This document shows positions 63,001 through 64,000 of a DNA stretch of 64,000 nt, piece after piece. The stretch is taken from the NCBI GenBank assembly GCA_018897195.1, contig JAHILH010000001.1, positions 220,565 to 284,564 on the forward strand, written 5' to 3'. This stretch comes from Patescibacteria group bacterium. GTDB lineage: Bacteria > Patescibacteriota > Patescibacteriia > Patescibacteriales > UBA12075. The position numbers were made by a program, and so were the translations under genes. The notes under the pieces were generated by a model. It made no database searches. It was not told where the DNA came from and saw nothing but the letters and a program-made list of their open reading frames with translations. The number at the start of each line of letters is the position of its first letter. Position 1 is the stretch's first letter.

Positions 63001-63519
63001 AAAATAAAAATTATCCTGTCCAAAAAGTGTATTATATTCCAAGGCTCGCTCGCGTGCTTTTTCCAAATTGCCAGACCGAATCAAAGTTGGAATCTCACCA
63101 CCAATACAAGCCGTACAAGCAATTATACCCTCATGATATTTTTCCAAAACTTCCCAGTCGATACGCGGTTTGTAATAATATCCTTCAAGATGAGCAATCG
63201 AGGTCAATTTTAATAAATTTTTATAACCTTGATTATTTTTCGCCAATAAAATCAAATGAAAATTTCGCTTCTCATCTGTCCGCGTAATTTTGTCGTGTCG
63301 CGACCGCGGTGCTAAATAGGCCTCCACTCCAATAATTGGTTTGATTCCCGCTTTTTTGCATTTTTGATAAAACTCAATTACTCCATACATTACACCGTGA
63401 TCCGTAATCGCTACCGCTGGAGATCCTTCTTTTTTGACAAAATCAACCAACTCATCAAGTTTGGTTAAACCGTCGAGTAGTGAATAATGAGTATGGACAT
63501 GGAGGTGGACAAATTTCAT
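60001..63519 (-). CDS. dnaE: DNA polymerase III alpha subunit
   Basis: 1172 aa with an N-terminal PHP domain (FVHLHVHTHYSLLDG), polymerase core, HhH and OB regions. Confidence 0.97.
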   Translation of the reverse strand: MKFVHLHVHTHYSLLDGLTKLDELVDFVKKEGSPAVAITDHGVMYGVIEFYQKCKKAGIKPIIGVEAYLAPRSRHDKITRTDEKRNFHLILLAKNNQGYKNLLKLTSIAHLEGYYYKPRIDWEVLEKYHEGIIACTACIGGEIPTLIRSGNLEKARERALEYNTLFGQDNFYFELQHHPDLEGQDLVNQELIKISRELNIPLVATNDSHYLRKEDDEAQDILLCMQGKKKKEDTNRMCQLGNDFSFRSTADMIEDFKDTPDAIENTVKIADMCNVEIELGKVQLPHFDVPEGFDQASYLRRLCEDGLGKRYDKKYNEVSDAIRERMDYELSVVERMGWPSYFLIVADFVNWAKNQGIVVGPGRGSAAGSLICYLTGITNLDPLEYDLLFERFLNPDRVSMPDIDLDFADTRRGEVLEYVENKYGKDHVAQIITFGTMAARAAVKDVGRVLGAPYDYMDKLAKAIPMFTKLDEALRDVDEFKQMYKSDPQAKNIIDYARRLEGVSRHSSTHACGVLITKDPLVENVPVQYASSTDRSIVSQYSLHPVEDLGLLKMDFLGLKNLTIIESAIRIIKGTANVEIDIEKIPLDDVKTYKLFADGETTGVFQFESSGMKRYLRELRPTEFEDIIAMVALYRPGPMEWIPDYIAGKHGKTLTYLHPKLEPILKKTKGVAIYQEQVMQMARDLAGFTMAGADVLRKAMGKKIVKLLAEQKEKFIKGCVETNGMSEGLAEKIFSFIEPFAGYGFNRSHAACYAMIGYQTAYLKAHYPTEFMAALLTADQQHIERLAVEIEEAQRMGIIVSRPDVNQSFEKFTVVKSNFENGELVGKRKSGDMIRFGLGAVKNMGSHIASVLIDERKINGPYKDITDLLERVTDKDLNKKSLESLVKTGALDDFGERGMLLANVDNMLSYNKEMLKNQNSKQTSLFADVLDVGVRSMIRLNSAPAINKQEMLRWEKELLGLYVSDHPFSDYRKELEGIIVPLKRVPEFKDEDQMTVAGIITKIQKIITKTSKSMLFVKIEDDSGGAEVLVFPNLYKTTFSIWTEGKAVIIQGKKSDKDNEIKILANTAAAVSLRNIREVVAKFNSAEYGNKAKSSSHVINQDLRLIFNKTIDAGVLERLRDLFTKYKGENKVIFEIGLNGEKKVIETDFRVANSTFLLTEIRNKVGDAVVMR

Positions 63520-63526
63520 AAGGTAT

Positions 63527-64000
63527 TTAATTAATTATTTGATACATTTTTTTAATCTGTTTAGGCCAGTTAAACTCCGCAATCGCTCTCTCTCTGCCCT
63601 GCGTACCTAGTTTTTGGCAAAGCTCTTTATTCGTCGCCAAGGTAATAATCGCCTCTTTGATATTTTCCATATTTTCTGAATCAACCAAAACACCTGAATA
63701 AGCACCACGGATGGCATCGGCTACGCCACCACTATTACCACCAATTACAGGTTTGCCGGCTAAATTCGCCTCCAGGTAAACGATACCAAAGCCCTCGAAG
63801 TCGCCATCGATATTGCGTGACGGCATAATAAATATATCACAAAGCGCCAACCAAGCCCATTTGTCCTCATCGGACAGATTATCTAAATACAAAATATCTG
63901 ATCCTACTTTTTGACAACTCTTTATATAATCTTCATCAGGACCCTTGCCTGCTAAAACATATTTCGCATTCGGTACGACCTTGTTTACCTCACTCATCAC
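63527..64000 (-). CDS. Glycosyltransferase family 4 (GT-B), C-terminal part; the 5' end lies beyond the window
   Basis: EGFGIVYLEANLAGKPVIGGNSGGVADAI is the GT1 E-x7-E region. The ORF runs off the window edge. Confidence 0.75.
   Translation of the reverse strand: MMSEVNKVVPNAKYVLAGKGPDEDYIKSCQKVGSDILYLDNLSDEDKWAWLALCDIFIMPSRNIDGDFEGFGIVYLEANLAGKPVIGGNSGGVADAIRGAYSGVLVDSENMENIKEAIITLATNKELCQKLGTQGRERAIAEFNWPKQIKKMYQIIN

Noticed and set aside
1-64000. Alternative genetic code (UGA as Gly or Trp, as in some candidate phyla)
   Set aside because: All recognisable genes are full-length under the standard code. UGA is used as a genuine stop, for example in the ATGA stop/start overlap at 24052-24055.
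1-64000. CRISPR arrays, integrases, transposases, prophage or rRNA genes
   Set aside because: I found no regularly spaced direct repeats. The only multi-copy sequences are the two MITE-like elements and the five hairpin repeats, which have irregular spacing of kilobases. No integrase, transposase or phage structural motifs were seen next to tRNA-Asn or elsewhere.

Overview
This is a gene-dense, low-GC window with about 70 CDS and one tRNA. More than 90% of the genes are on the minus strand. It uses the standard genetic code: UGA is a stop, as in the ATGA stop/start overlap at 24052-24055. By inference, the gene content points to a streamlined Patescibacteria/CPR-like bacterium. Supporting features are a membrane-tethered zinc-ribbon Clp/Hsp100 ATPase, a DUF5652 mini-protein, a stand-alone NuoF-like flavoprotein, sparse metabolism and many orphan secreted or membrane proteins. 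Recognisable housekeeping genes are gap, murB, queH, a WecA/MraY-family transferase, rpmA, tsaE, rpoD, dnaG, hpf, rseP, frr, holB, dnaE, tRNA-Asn and an rfbB-(unknown)-rfbD-rfbA dTDP-rhamnose operon with a separated rfbC-like gene. Accessory and unusual content: (1) a stand-alone OLD-family ATPase/Toprim nuclease next to a sigma-region-4/HARE-HTH fusion protein; (2) two copies of a ~171-bp MITE-like element with 29-bp terminal inverted repeats; (3) a five-member family of GC-rich hairpin repeats placed 5-15 nt after stop codons, with compensatory substitutions; (4) about nine orphan or signalling genes with strong Shine-Dalgarno sites, most also with a TTGACA -35 promoter, set among housekeeping genes that lack SD sites; two of them share a 21-nt operator-like motif; (5) a cluster of small genes at 30.6-32.3 kb, each separately terminated, including an ORF missing from the track that encodes a 40-aa lysine-rich peptide and a faintly CsrA-like protein; (6) an orphan AmmeMemoRadiSam-type radical SAM gene beside a DUF2892/polyferredoxin membrane operon; (7) a JAB/MPN-like protein between holB and dnaE. 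No CRISPR array, integrase, transposase or rRNA was seen. All homology calls come from motif recognition by eye, not from database searches.
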